A DNA stretch of 64,000 nt from the human T2T-CHM13v2.0 reference genome, Homo sapiens. The DNA lies in NCBI RefSeq assembly GCF_009914755.1, contig NC_060925.1; one strand, written 5' to 3'. Of the stretch, positions 1 to 27,632 are shown piece by piece. The notes under the pieces were generated by a model. It had not been told where the DNA came from and searched no databases. It saw nothing but the letters and a program-made list of their open reading frames with translations. The stretch's first letter is position 1. Each line of letters starts with the position of its first letter. The position numbers were made by a program, and so were the translations under genes.

Positions 1-150
1 TTTCAGTTTGCGAAAATGAAAAAGTTCTGCAGATGGATGGTGATGACGGTAGCACAGCACTGAGAATGCACTTACTGCCACTGAAGTGCACACTTAAAAA
101 TGGTTAAAACGGTAAATGTTATGTTATATGTATTTTACCGCAATAAAAAA
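1..150 (+). mobile_element. L1MB-type 3' UTR end
   Basis: GAAAAAGTTCTGCAGATGGATGGTGATG...CACTTAAAAATGGTTAAAA...AATAAAAAA, a typical L1MB terminus. Confidence 0.75.
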
Positions 151-522
151 TGCCTTCAATTTTTTATAGAATTTTAAACTTACGGAGTCTTCTCTATCCT
201 ATATCTCATCTGTTCCCCACAACAACCAGGTGAGCATGGATGTAACTTACCTCATCCTAAAGATGAGGGTATTGAGGTTCAAAGATTTATGCCGTGTCCA
301 AAGCTAGTATATTGTGAAGCAGGGCTTCTTATCCTCCATCCAGGGCTTTTTCTGGATTATCATTTGGTAAGTTTAAAGGGAGTCCATGAGCCAGAGCCTA
401 CACACGTCGTTTCCAGAAGGGCCGTCGTGGGTCTATATGGGCCTCCTAAAGTCCCTAATGTCCGCGAGGACAGCGTGCTCACACCCTGGAACAGCTTTGC
501 TTGGTGTTCCCAGGGTGCCAGG

Positions 523-906
523 TGTTATGGGCTGAATGTTGTGTCCTCCCCAGATGCATCTGTTGACATCTTAAGCCCCAGTGTGGTTTTATGTGGAGAA
601 GAGGCCCCTAAGGAAATAATCAAGGTTAAATGAGGTCATAAGGGTGAATCCCTAATCTGATAGGATTGACGTCCTTAGACACCAGAGAGCTCACTTGCTC
701 TCTCACAAAGAAGAGGTCTTGCGAGCTCACAGCCAGATGCCGGCCACCTACACACAAGTGGAGAGGAGAGGCCTCAGAATGATCCTACTGTGCCAACACT
801 TTGATCTTGGACTTCCCAGGTTCTGGAACTATGAGAAAATTGGTTTCTGCTGTTTAGGCCACCCATCTCTGGTATTGCATTATGGCAGCCCAAGCCAACT
901 AGTACA
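523..906 (+). mobile_element. MaLR solo LTR (MSTC/MSTD/MLT1A-like)
   Basis: TG...CA ends and MaLR motifs. Flanks CCAGG/CCAAG give a 4/5 TSD. Confidence 0.8.
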
Positions 907-974
907 CCAAGTTAATTAAAGCAATAGGATCCAGAGTGCTGTTTCTCCCATATTCCTAGAAAACATGCCCAAGG

Positions 975-1296
<322 letters not shown>

Positions 1297-1929
1297 TCAA
1301 GTGGGAAAAAGTTCCTAGCGGCCTCCCTCTTGGCGACCTCCAGCTCTCCTGTACAGGACGTAGCTCCATGTGCTGGCTGAGACATTGGTACCAGCTGTTC
1401 TAACATCAAAGCCCCTCCTCCTGCAGAAAGACAATCACATGCTCTGGAGGCAACTTGGCCTCCCACATCCTCTTTACCTGAGCTCTGTCTGAGGATTGTT
1501 AGTCTCCTGGCCCAGCTTCACCTGAGAAACCCTGGGCTGCTTGGCTGAGGCTGCAGGCAGCTTGGCTCTCGTGCTGGCAGCAGATTTTCTTCCTCAGTGG
1601 GTGCCACTCAGCACTCACATGGTGTGAGCGGAGCCCACCCTGCCTAGGCTGTCATTGTCACATTCCAGCACTCCTTGAATGTGGAGCACTCCCTTGCAGC
1701 ACAGTTGTGGGCCACATGGGAAAACCACCAATGAAAACAATGAACAGCACAGTTATTTTTCTTGAGTCGTCGTGTTATTGAGAAGCGTGGGCTCCAGGTG
1801 AGTTCCAAGTTTACCATTAACAGAAAGAAATGAGACTTGGCATGGACCGAGCACCTACCATGTGCCAGGGAGTGAGCTAGGCCTTTCCCAAAGGATATTT
1901 AATCCTTTCAATAATCCTGCAAGAAAATT

Positions 1930-5690
<3,761 letters not shown>

Positions 5691-7429
5691 TACCAATTAT
5701 TACAGATAAAGAAATTGAACTCCAAAGAGGTTTCCCCAAGGTCACTCATTTAGTAAGTGGTAAGAGTTGGGGTTCAAACCTAAGCCTGTCTGATCCCAGA
5801 ATCTGTGTCCTTTTCAATATACCATGCTGTCTTGTATCACCCCACAGAGGGATAAGGGAGCTAAGTGTGGCCTACTAGCTTTATGACTTTAGAAGAAAAA
5901 GAAAAATGTAGCCATGTCTGAACCTCAGTTTGCTTATCTGAAAATAGGGATCAAAATGCCAATTTTCCAGAGTTATTGTAATGTTTAGACAAGATAAGGA
6001 ATGTAGCACCCCTGGAACATCATGAGCTTTTCAAAAACTGTGGCATGGGTGGCCTTCAGCCCCATGTTGGGCCTCCAACCTCCAATGAAAGTTGCTCTGT
6101 GACCTTGGACAGAGGCTTCATGTGCAGCCTTTTGGCCAAACCAGTTATTTCTTTACTCTGCTATAAATAGTTGAAAACATAAGGTCTTCAATAAGTTGTC
6201 CTGTGACTTTATTTCCTGGCCAACAGGGAGGTTTCCATTTCCTCTATGACTCATCTATTCCTTTTTGCAGCTCTCCTCTAAATACCTCCAGCCAGTGACA
6301 TTTCAAATATCCTTGCCTCTTGGCTTCCCTTCAGCGGCCTCAACTCATGTCCAGAATTCTTTCTCTTCCTTTTCTTCTTTTTACTTTTGCAAGCTTGGTG
6401 ACCAGAGCTTGGCTGGCTGAGATACCTAGTGTTCATAGGAGAATTTCCTTCCCTTCAATGGAACATCCCCCTGCAGACCGTTTCTGGGCCCGGTGTGTAG
6501 ACAGACTTCATAATGGTGATGAGATTTCCCAAACAGCCTAAGGGGAAGAAAAGGAAGAAGAGAATGGCAAATTCCCCAGTCCTACTCTTGGCTTTCTGGG
6601 TTACATGGTCTTCCATTTAACAAGAACTTATCCCTTTCCTGGGAAATGAGAAGTGCTATACAAAGCACGAATTCTGAGGATGCCCTCACACTATTGCTTT
6701 GGGAACTGTGTGCTGTGTGCTGACCACAGGGAGCAAATCGTGAGTTTCTCTACAAGGGCTGCAGTCAGAACTGCTAGTAAACTGTACTTCATATGAAGTA
6801 CATCACAGACAACTGGGCTCCAAGAGCTAAAGTTTACTTACTGCTTTTCACCCCAAAGGCCCAAAGCCCTCACTAAAGCTATGAATACCAGAATCACTAC
6901 ATCTTTGAAACACAGCCAGAGTTCTAGGCCTTGCTTAAATAGCCCGGAGCCTGTACATACAAGGCATGTGTGTGTGGTGAAAGAGGCCCTTATGGATTTG
7001 CCGCTGCTGGAGGCCAAAGAGAAGGGTGAGTGGAATGTACTGGAATGTCTGGCAAACAGCAGAGGCAGATTCTGCGGCTAAGCTGCTTGGTGGGCCCTGT
7101 GGGGTTGAGTTTTAATCTCTGTCACATGTGGGACTGTAGGATACCTGCCCGCCCAGCCTCTGTAGCTGCCTCCACAGCCAGAAGAATTTGGCTTGGAAAC
7201 AGGGACTCCCTTTGGCGAGATCTAGATCCAGAGAGAATTCAGAGTGTGTATTCTCTGGCCCCCTTGAAGTTTGGGCATTCATACCACTGGTGTTTGCCCT
7301 GGCACCCTCCCAAGCTTGAGAGAGGCTTCTCTCCCTCCTAGACCACATCCCAGCCTCCCCCTTGTGTTCAGCAATGTGAGTGATGTGAATGTCTTGAGCA
7401 AGGTCATAGGGCCAGCATTTCCTCTTGCT

Positions 7430-9480
<2,051 letters not shown>

Positions 9481-10145
9481 TATGTCTTAGCAAAACAGTG
9501 ACTAGGGACATGGCAGCTTTGGGGAAGAAAAATGGGATTCAAGTCATAGTGGCTTCCCCAGGTGGGTTCTTTACCCAACCCCACCCTTCCCTCCAGCCAG
9601 ACAGAGTGTTTCCCTGTCCTTCAATGTACCTGGGCTAAGCTCTCCACCTTGAATGTGCTTCCCCTTCTTGCCCTCTCCTGAGAAGCCTCTTCCCTCCCTT
9701 CTTCACCACCCAGTGTACCTTCCCTGCACTGTCTCTCCCGAGTGAGGAGGAAACCTATAGGTCCTTATGCATGTTGGTGTTGCCTCCCCTTGCTTCTCAA
9801 CCTTCAGCTCTCAGAACTCAGGCTAAACCATTCTGAGATCTGGCAGTGCAGGATGGAGAAGGAGGGAAAGAAACCAGGGCCAAGCTAACCCTATGTAGAA
9901 AAGGCTTCCAAAAGTACAATCACATGCAGAGTGGCTTAGGATCCCAATGGGTATGGAAAAGTCCAGCCCTAGAACTGAGGGATCCAAACCGGTTGATGAA
10001 GCCAAGGTCAAGATGCAGCATCCTTGTGGATCTGAGTGACAGTCTTATTGGGAAAAGGACACTAGCTATCAGCCACATGGACAGGGGATGGGGTCCAACC
10101 CCAGAGGAAGAGGAAAAGGGACAAGCAAGAGCTGAACGGAGCCTA

Positions 10146-13750
<3,605 letters not shown>

Positions 13751-13945
13751 TACAAAACAAAAGAGGTGGACAGAGAATTAGAGACTGGGGCCCAAGTCCA
13801 GATACAAAGACTGGGGCAGTGCAGCAGAAGACAGTGATGCGGTCTCCCCTGTCTGCCGTGGGTTCCATGTCCCAAGGCCACAATAAAGCCAGACTCTCCA
13901 CCAGGTGTATTTAAGCTCTCTACACAGCAAAGGTTGCTGCCCAGG

Positions 13946-14830
13946 TGTTAGAAGGAGAACACCACACCAAAATGGCTTAAGCAGTGGCCACAAATAAGAA
14001 TTCAGAGGCATCTCTCCCACCTAGCCAGACTGGGCTCCTCACTTTCCCACTGCTTCCTTTAAGGAGAACCTTGTGTTCTCCCAGTGTCCCAGAGAAAACC
14101 TGGCCAGGGACAGCCCCTGGTTCTTCAGATGGAAGGCATAAAGTCAATACACCATCACAATAGGAAACAAGTTCAAACATTTTCCTGGGCGGGAAGAGCA
14201 CAATGATCAGGAGGGCAGCCTCCATCCCTGGGTCAGGGATCAAATGGACCATTCAGGCATTTTCCCAGGAACTTGACGTGACCCAGACCCTATTCCTTTA
14301 CATATGGTGCTAGTTGCCATGCTCTCCCCTCACCCTGCCCACCGTCTCTTTCTCTCTTTCTACCTGACTCTTCATTCCTGCCTCTCCTGACCCAGGGATG
14401 GAGGCTGCCCTCCTGATCATTGTGCTCTTCCTGCCCAGGAAAATGTTTGAACTTGTTTCCTATTGTGATGGTGTGTTGACTTTATGCCTTCCATCTGAAG
14501 AACCAGGGGCTGTCCCCGGCTGGGTTTTCTCTGGGACACTGGGAGAACACAGGGTCAGGCTCCCAGCATGAGGGCAATAGTCAGGCATAAACTAGACACA
14601 GTTCAGACAAGAACCACAAGGGCATCTGCCAGTATAAACAAGTTCCCCAAGTGAGGGACCCCCCTGGTTGCAGGTTGAACTAGGCATTAGGCTATCCACC
14701 AGGTAAAAGAAGTATCCCTTGAAAGGCACATGGTAAATACCCATGTTCAGCTCCCTTTCATTTCCTGTTAGGGCAGATTGCTAGTTGCTCTGGGACCAGA
14801 AGCCCAGTTTAGCTGGGAGCTCTCAAAACA
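13946..14830 (+). mobile_element. ERVL-class solo LTR (MER54-like) carrying an internal inverted duplication
   Basis: TGTTAG...TTTAGCTGGGAGCTCTCAAAACA termini. Internal motifs (CATCTGCCAGTATAAACAAG, AAAGAAGTATCCC) match the recalled MER54/MER74 group. Confidence 0.65.
14068..14555. repeat. Long inverted repeat: arms 14068-14237 and 14386-14555, spacer 148 bp
   Basis: Manual alignment: 164 of 170 positions identical to the reverse complement, no indels. Confidence 0.95.
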
Positions 14831-15905
14831 CCACCTCACACCATCTATTGTTCCGGGCAGCAACTTCCTGTCATGGTCATAGCAACCATTTGAGGGAAAC
14901 ATGACCAGCAGTCTCATTTTATAGATGTGGACACTGAGACTCAGACAGGTTTTATAAATTTGCCTGGAGGTTCAAAGCTGGTATGTGGTAGAATTGGGAA
15001 AGAATCCCAGGCATGTCACAGTTCAGAATCCACCCTCTCCACCATAGAGCCTCGCCTTGACTGAGCTTAGCTCAAAGCCCACTGGGTAGGTTGACGCTCA
15101 TGGGGGCCTTGGGAACAGTTGAGCCAGGCAGCAGGCAACTCACCCTTCAACCTGCTCCATGGTCTTGGCACAATCTCTGCCCAGTTCCTTCTTCTGTGGT
15201 CTGCAGTGGGGGAGCCTATCAAAGCCCTGGGTCCTCCAACTCCTAGATCCTATCTACTGCCTTATAGCATAGAAAGCATACGCCAAGCACTTCGATAAGA
15301 CTGCAGGACAAATTCCCACCCCAGAACCATCTCCCATGAGGCACGCTTCTGTCCTGCTTCGGTCCTTTGCATTCTTTCTCATGTCTACAGGAGCTATGTC
15401 TTATACCTCAGACTAGTGCTTTGTGCAATGTTTTACCTGATAGTGTATCTTAAAAATGATGACACTGGTACAGCTTGTAGGGGTAGACAGAAGAGGTTTG
15501 TCCAGCGACACTATGGTTGAGAAGCTCTGCCCCAGACACCTAAATGGAGACTAGTTATGGATTCATCACTATAACCCCCCCATTTTTGGTTTTCCTCTTT
15601 GCCTTATTGGGGACAGAATCCGAGAATGACCCAGCTTTGCATTCTGACATTCTCCAACACTGTGCACTGGAAATTATGTCTATCTCCCACCCCTCTACTT
15701 CCACCCCCACCATTTCCTTTGAATCAGAGGCCATTTGATGCTTTATGTATGTAAAATGTCTAGCATTTTTCTGGCACATGGGTAAGCATTCAAAACATGC
15801 TAGCCTAGTCCCCCTCTGTCCTATCCTAACATAAGTAGCAGGAAAGTAACTGGATCATATGGCAACAATATATCCCAGATTTTCTGGGACAACCCCAAAT
15901 TTAAA

Positions 15906-16253
15906 TACAGTCATGTACCACATAATGAGATCTCAGTCAATGACAGACCACATATACAATGGGGATCTCATGAAATTGTAAAACCATGTTTTAACTGTGC
16001 CTTTTCTATGGTTAGGTATGTTTAGATACACAAATACTTACCGTTGTGCTACAGTCACCTACAGTATTCAGTATAGTAACATGCTGTACAGGTTTGTAGC
16101 CTGGGAGCATAGGCTATATGTAGCCTAGGGGAGTAGTAGGCTATACCTCAAGAATTGTGTAACTACACTTTATGATATTTGCACAAAGACAAAAATCACC
16201 CAACAACACTTTTTTTAGAACATACTCTCACTGTTAACATTCGCATAACAGTA
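15906..16253. mobile_element. Tigger3a/MER7-type DNA transposon relic
   Basis: TA-CAGTCATG...CATAACAG-TA termini and a typical Tigger3 body. Confidence 0.75.
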
Positions 16254-16335
16254 ATTTTATCTTTTTCAAAAAGGTATCATTTTCGATGTATAATTACATG
16301 AAATTTAATTTCTAAAGGAAGATTTCTGCAGATAT

Positions 16336-16842
16336 TGTGGCAGGCAGAATTCTTCTAAGATGGCACCAAGAATTTCTGCTCACTACTTCCTGTATATTCC
16401 CTGCCTAATCCCAGGCCTGTGTATATGATGGATTTTACGCTCATAATGAGGTGGTGTTGTATGGCTCAGTTGACCGCAAGATAGGGAGATTTTCCAGGTG
16501 GGCCTGACCATATCACAGCAGCCTTTCAAGGCTGGGGGTTTTCTCTGGCTAGTTGCAGAAGAAGTCAGAGAGTCAAAGTCCAAGAAGGATTCAATGTGTC
16601 ATTGCTGGATGGAAAATGAAGAGGGCCATGTGGTAAGGAATATAGGTAGCCTCTGGGAACTGAGAGCTGATCCAGACAAGAACACCACCTGATCAACACC
16701 TTGGTTTCAGCCTTGTAATACCCTGAACCCAGAGCCCAGCAACAGCCTACCAGGCTTTTGACAGACAGATCTGTGAGCTCACTGAGTATTTTAAGCTGCT
16801 AAATGTATGATGATTTGTTACATAGCAAAACAAATGAATACA
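16336..16842 (+). mobile_element. MLT1 (E/F/G-like) solo LTR
   Basis: TGTGGCAGGCAGAATTC...TTTGTTACATAGCAA...AATACA. Confidence 0.7.
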
Positions 16843-17208
16843 GGTGTAAAATAACTTATAAATAATATTCAATATTTTATTACATAAAATAAGTTCACCA
16901 CTTTTAAGTGGCTAGCTCAATGAGTTTTAACAAATTTATTAGGTTGTGCAACCACTCTCTCAATCAAATATAAAGCATTGCTATCACTCCACAAGTTTCC
17001 TTGAGGGGCACAAGGGAACTTTTGGAGTGATGGCAATCAGTTCTCTCCCTCAATCCGTGGTCCCTAAGCTACCTACCTATTTTCTGTTTCTATCCCTTTC
17101 TGCCTTTTCTAGACTCTATATAAGTGGAACACAGTGTATGTAACCTTTTGTGTCTGATTTCTTTCACTTCACATAATGCATCTGAGATTCATCTGTGTCA
17201 TTGCATTG

Positions 17209-20049
<2,841 letters not shown>

Positions 20050-23000
20050 ATGTGTCTGTAGTTCATTCTTTTATTGTGGAGTAATATTTCATTGTATTAT
20101 TATAATTTGTTTATTCACCAGTTGATGTATACTTGAATTATTTCCAATTGTTGGCAATTATAAATAAATACTCTGAGCATTTACATAAAAGTCTTTGGTG
20201 TGGATATCTAAGTAAATATGTAACTGTGAAATTGCTGGATTCTATGATGTTTGTGTTGAACTTATGAGAAACTGTCAAACTGTTTTCCAAAGTGACTGTT
20301 CCAATTTGCATTCCCATCAGAAAATTTTCTGTCTCACCAATTAATGGCCCAACACACTTGAGCAGTTATTCTTTTCCATCTCTTACATTCTCATTTATAA
20401 AGTGAGATTATCATAATCCCACTTTACAGGTCTGTTGTGATGATTAAATAATGAAAGATACAAATCAAGCACGAATCTCATCCCACAAACTTAGGGTTAT
20501 AAGAACCGTAACTTTCTTATTGTCTCTACAGGTGAATTTAGCTTCTATTTCAGCCACCATTCTGCTAGATGATGGAAATATATTAACAGCCAATTGAGTG
20601 TCTGGGTGATTTCCAGGCAAACCCTCAGCCCTCCCTCCTCACCTCCCTGCAGTAAACCTCAGTTCTGGAGTGTTTTCTGTTGTGACAGCATGTGTCTGTG
20701 TAGGTGGACTAAGTATCTAGGTTCGTATCTAGGTACCTATCTAGGTTCCTATCACTGTCACTGTCATCCTCATACACACTGACTTCTGCTGAGATAGCTG
20801 TTTTTCAGTCTGGCTTCTGGGCATATGGCTCTTATAGACTCTGACTAAAAGGCTGCTGTAGGTTTGCCAATTTTCTGGGCTAGGTCTGAGACACAGAAGA
20901 AAACATTCAGGTGCTTCTGGTGCACTTGTAGGGAGTATAGGGACCCAGCTGGGCTGCCCTGGCCTGCCTGTCTGAACACGTTGTATAGCCACTTCAGGTC
21001 CTCTATGAAGCTTGTAGCTTTTCAAGACTTGACTCTCTTCTTTCTCTCTGGTTCTACTATGACAATAAGAAATTATTTTTAAAAATTGAAACTATTTTGA
21101 TTAATATATCAAAATATTATCCAGTTACCTTATATAAATTATGTGCAAGTACTACTAGGTCATAATGTCTTTATCTGGCATTCTTTCACTAAAGGCTTTA
21201 AAATCAATGTTCTTAACCCTTAATCTATAGACAGCATAAATATTTAAATGTATCTCTTTGTTTCCTTTGCTTTTTTTAAAAAAAAAAGCTTGCTCTCTGT
21301 TTTTTGCAAGCTTCATTATTTCCATTATTTTGCCTCTAGCCATGATCATTGCTTTAAACATTAAGCTCCTCTAGAGCAGAGATTGTGTTTTTTCTAGATA
21401 TTACAGCCATTTCCTGATAGATGGTTCTGATAGCTCTTCCATCTTCCCTTCTCAATCACAAAAGACAAGCGGCTCACTCTCTCCACTATTCTCAAATACA
21501 GCCTGACACTCCAGCCAAAACAGTCTGCTTGCAGTTCACCTATTCACAAGTATCTGTTGAGAATCAGCCATTCAACGGTAACCATGTCCTGTATTATGAG
21601 GCCAAGGGGCAGAAAATTTAAAAAGTAACAACATCTAATGTTTGTTGAGCACTATACATTGACTTTTCTAAATGTTTTACGTGTGTTATTTTATTGGGTA
21701 GTCCCAGCTCTTTAAGGTATGTACCTTTATTATCTCAGTTTTACAGATGAGAAATTCAAGTGGCTGAGAGGTGAAGCATCTTGCCAAAGTTTTCTCAGCT
21801 AGTAAGCAGTAGAGCCAGGATTCTAACCTATGTGGTCTGGCTTCCAAGCCAACACTCCCAACCGCCATGCAGAACTCAGGAGGTCTGTCAAGTTGCTACC
21901 AAACCTAAGGGCTGCTTATGTAGAAATCAGTCAAATGTGGTTGCTGGTTGCTGTTAGGAAACTGCAGTCATTGCACTTGAATAGTAATTTCCACATTATA
22001 AGTAACACTGCAGCCTAGTGAATTGAATGGTGACATGGTTCTCAGTGGTTTATAGCACGTTGCCATGTGAAAGGTGCCCTGTCTTGTGGCATGAGCATTT
22101 TTTCCCTGGTGGTAGAGCCTTACAGAGGAAATGGCTGAATAAGGCTATCAGAGTTTGAAAGCACTTTTCATGCCCTGTTCCACAACTTGTGCTCTGATCT
22201 CTCTTATACTCACCAAGTAACAAGTAACTTGTTATCCCCAGTATAGCACTCCACAGTTTACAAACCTCGAGGGTTTTTGCTCTTTGTCTTAATATGAGAG
22301 GCCGTTGGAGTTACATGCACCATCAAGTGCAATCTAACATTGATTTCCTGTTCAAGAGAATATTGAGTGGAGAGAACAAAGGCATCATGGAGCCATGGCT
22401 CTCGCTGTGGTCAGGGAGAGGAAGCAGGAGCCCAAGGAAGGGAAGCAAATGGCTCATTAGAGTGGGTGGTTAGGATGAGAGCAAACGGAGCTTAATGGAC
22501 TGAAATGGTCAAGCTATGAGGAGAAAATAGCATCCGAGAATGACAAGGGCAAAACCAATAAAGAGTCAAGGTCAGAATTCAATAAAGAGAAGCTGGGGAG
22601 AAGAAATATTTCAATGTCCCAACAGAGGTGACTAAAGTGTCAAACTAAATAAGGGTGTTCCCCTAATTGTTTGAATAGGCCAATGGGTTAACCAATCTTA
22701 TCCTTCTGAAGTACCCCCTCATCTCCCCAGCTAGTTTTGGAATAGAAAGAGGGTGGAAGGGTGGGGGGGTTGGGGGGGGGCGAAGAAAGAGAGAAAGAAA
22801 GGAAGAAAAATAAGGAAGGGAAATTACATTTTTCCTGAGGGTAGAAGGGAGTTTTATTCATGAATGTTGCCAAGTCTCAGAAACATGAGCTGTTGTGAGA
22901 CCTCAGGAGGGGTCTTCTCTTCTTTTTCTGCTTTTCTGCTTTATTCTTCACTCTCTGTTTCTTTTTCTTTTTCTTTTTTTTTTTCTTTTTCAGGACCACA

Positions 23001-23259
23001 ACAGTTCCTTAACATCTGTATTAGAGGCCCATCCAGATTCTTTCTCTGGTTTCCAATTCTACATTTCAGGAAGAAAAGATTCTGACTGGCTCAGCCTAGT
23101 CAGTTGCCCACCCATGAACTAAACAATTGTGCCTAGATTTGGGATCAAGTTGTATTAGCACGGCTAGTAGAAACCTACTATGTGGGTCAGGGTCCTTTCT
23201 TCATTTTCATCATCTCCCAGGCCAACCCACGTTGCTGTGAGGATTAAATTAAATAATGG

Positions 23260-23685
<426 letters not shown>

Positions 23686-24954
23686 TTACAAAGATACCCT
23701 GGGTATATAAAGAATCCTCTAAATTGAAATCAATTTTCTTCATCTGGGATTTGATTCTAAACTCTTTTGCTTGCAAAAGATGCAGTGAGGCAAAAGCAGG
23801 CTTTCTAAGACCAGATCACCTGATCCGTACAGAAGATGAGTCTCGGAATTAGAAGGGGGTGGTCATCATTTGGTATTCAGAAATTAAAACAAGGTTGTTA
23901 AGCACCAATCAAGGATGTTTGAAGGGAAAAATGGCTAGATTTTAAGATTACTCAATAGAAATTGTTTTCTGGAAAAGAAGCCAATTACACACCCTGGGGA
24001 GAGTGCTTTATGTTGTTAGTGATAATTGTTCCTCATTAACTTTGCTGCAGAGACGCTTTGGTACACTATGCCTAGATGTGGATATGGTCACTTTCTTTGA
24101 GTTAAATGCAAACTACTTTAGACCAGATGGCTTCTGGTCTGTAGATTTCTATTGAATTTCCTGAATTCACCCTAAACTGTTAAAAAAAAAAACCCAAAAA
24201 ACTAAAAGAAAAAATATCATAAGCTTTCATTTAAAATTTGTTTTAGAGATTCTTACACTTGAGATTACAGCATCTGATTTTAGCTGATAAAGCCTTCAAT
24301 TCCATTCTGCTTCATGCTTGAAATTCGAAGCATTCTGAAAGGAATGCAGATGATTTACTTCTAACTTGCTGTGTTAGCTGGAGTAAATTATTTAACTGAT
24401 TTGTGCTTTTTTTTTTTTGAGGAGAGGTTACATTACTCAGCCTCTTGAGTGTTTCTGGGACACTTAAGTGTAAAAACCATCCTGCAGTACATTATCCAAA
24501 GTAACTCATGGCAGAGTCTGTTTTTCTCTGCCTTGATAGCAGTAGATTGTGGAGTTTTAATTACTAATGTACTTTCCATGAGGCCAAGTGATGATAAGAT
24601 GCACCATCAATTTAATAGGAAATTTTCAAAGCAACAGTAGGGAGAGCAGAAGTATGTATCAATTGTAGTATACTTTTTAATTTCAGCAACATTAAAATGT
24701 AAACATTTATACATATTAAAATTGAGGAAATGTGGTGATGCCTAATTCCCAGAGATGTTCTGAAAATTAAAAAAGGTTCTCATTCCACACTGTTAAGTGT
24801 TACAATGCAAATATTATTACTTGCCTCACCCACCCCACAGCCCAGCCTTTAATAATATATTAGGGACTTGAAAAAAAATAGATATGTCATTCAATTTGGG
24901 GATCAAATTTTTTTGTGAGTGTCATTTTTTAAAGGGGGGACTATGTTATTCGTT

Positions 24955-25930
<976 letters not shown>

Positions 25931-26262
25931 CCAGAAGGAAATTTAAATTTCAGTGAATTTTATCCCCAAAGTTTATAATAGGGAGAAACAGAGGTTCAGA
26001 GAACTAAAATGACTTCTCTATATGCATATGGTTCATGGCACAGTTGAGACAGAAAGAGGACTTTTTATAAATAATGTTGACGATTGTTAGCAATTATGAT
26101 TATATACAGTGAAGCATTGAAGCCAGCTTTGTAACTTCAGTTCAGACAAAGGAGTGGTAGGATGCTAATCCCCCAAATGCACAATGTTTTAGCAAAAGTA
26201 CAGTGCACGGATAAGCTGATTTATGTTGTAGAATTGAGGTGGTGGGGATTGAGAGTGAAAGC

Positions 26263-26720
26263 TGTCAGAATCCAAATGGAGTCACTAATGTTAAAAAAAA
26301 AAAAAAAAGAAAGAAAGAAAAAAAGAAAAAAAGCCCTGACAGAGCCATGAAGGGAGAGTTTTCGTGCATAAATACCTCGTAACAAAAATGACTACAAAAG
26401 ACTCCAAAACCTACAATCTTGCAGAGAGGCCATCATAACCCTACACCAAAAAATACTTCTATCAGGACATCTGCCCAGCAACTACCTGTCCAGCCTTGAG
26501 CTGGCATCACCCCTGTTATTGATATTTGTAGCCAAGGGTAATTATTTCAAAACAATTATTCAATCTTCCTCATTTTTTTCCCTTAAAAACCTCTGTCTTC
26601 TGTTACCTCCCTGAATACACACAGAGTTTACTATGGCAAGCATCTTTCCATTGCGGTACTTTTTTCCCAAATAAACCTCTCTTCTTTTAGAGAGCCTGTC
26701 TCTTTGTTATTTAGGTGACA
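26263..26720 (+). mobile_element. ERV1-class solo LTR (LTR37-like, tentative)
   Basis: TGTCAGAATCCAAATGGAGTCAC...AATAAA(~26669)...TTTAGGTGACA. Confidence 0.65.
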
Positions 26721-27403
26721 AGAGTGCATGAGAAATGCATAGGTGTAGAATTCTGATGTACTAGATCACCTCCTCCCCGTGGAAAACAAAACTACACTCA
26801 GTCTGAGTGGAGGAGTGCTTGAACTGTAAGTCCTTCTGTACAGGAAAGGAGTTACACACCCCTCCAGGAGGCCACCCCTACCCCCAAGCAGTTTGTTTTG
26901 GTCCGAAAATGACAAAGGAGACTGGACTTCAGCCATATGGCTGCTGGTTTGGGGCAGACCTGTTCACAGTAGAACCATAAGAGGTTATGACTTCCCTTGT
27001 GGTCACCAGGAGGCTGGGCTGAGCCGGCGTAAATGATGGCACTTGCTAGGGTCACAGAAATGCATCTTTAAGTGCATTCAATTACAGACCTACCCATACA
27101 CTGCGTTTCTGACATGACCCTGAAGATTCCATAGCACATTTCTGGAAGGCTTATCTGAGAGTTGCAGGCAGGATCCAGCTCATTGTGGCTTTATCTACAC
27201 AAGGCAGATGAGGACAAGGTTGTTACCATCTCCCATCTGTGGCTACTGATGCCTGGTTAAATAATTGTTCCAAGTCCCCTAGCTGAGGGGAAGTAGAGTC
27301 AGGTCTCTTAATGCTGTGCGATGCTCTATCTGGCCTTAGCTTGGCCTACTCTTCAACTTTGGCACAAACTGGAAGCAAGCTGCAAAGCCGGACTAAAGGT
27401 TCA

Positions 27404-27632
<229 letters not shown>

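Noticed and set aside
22750-22995. G-run/purine tract followed by a pyrimidine tract
   Set aside because: Low-complexity sequence without true inverted complementarity.
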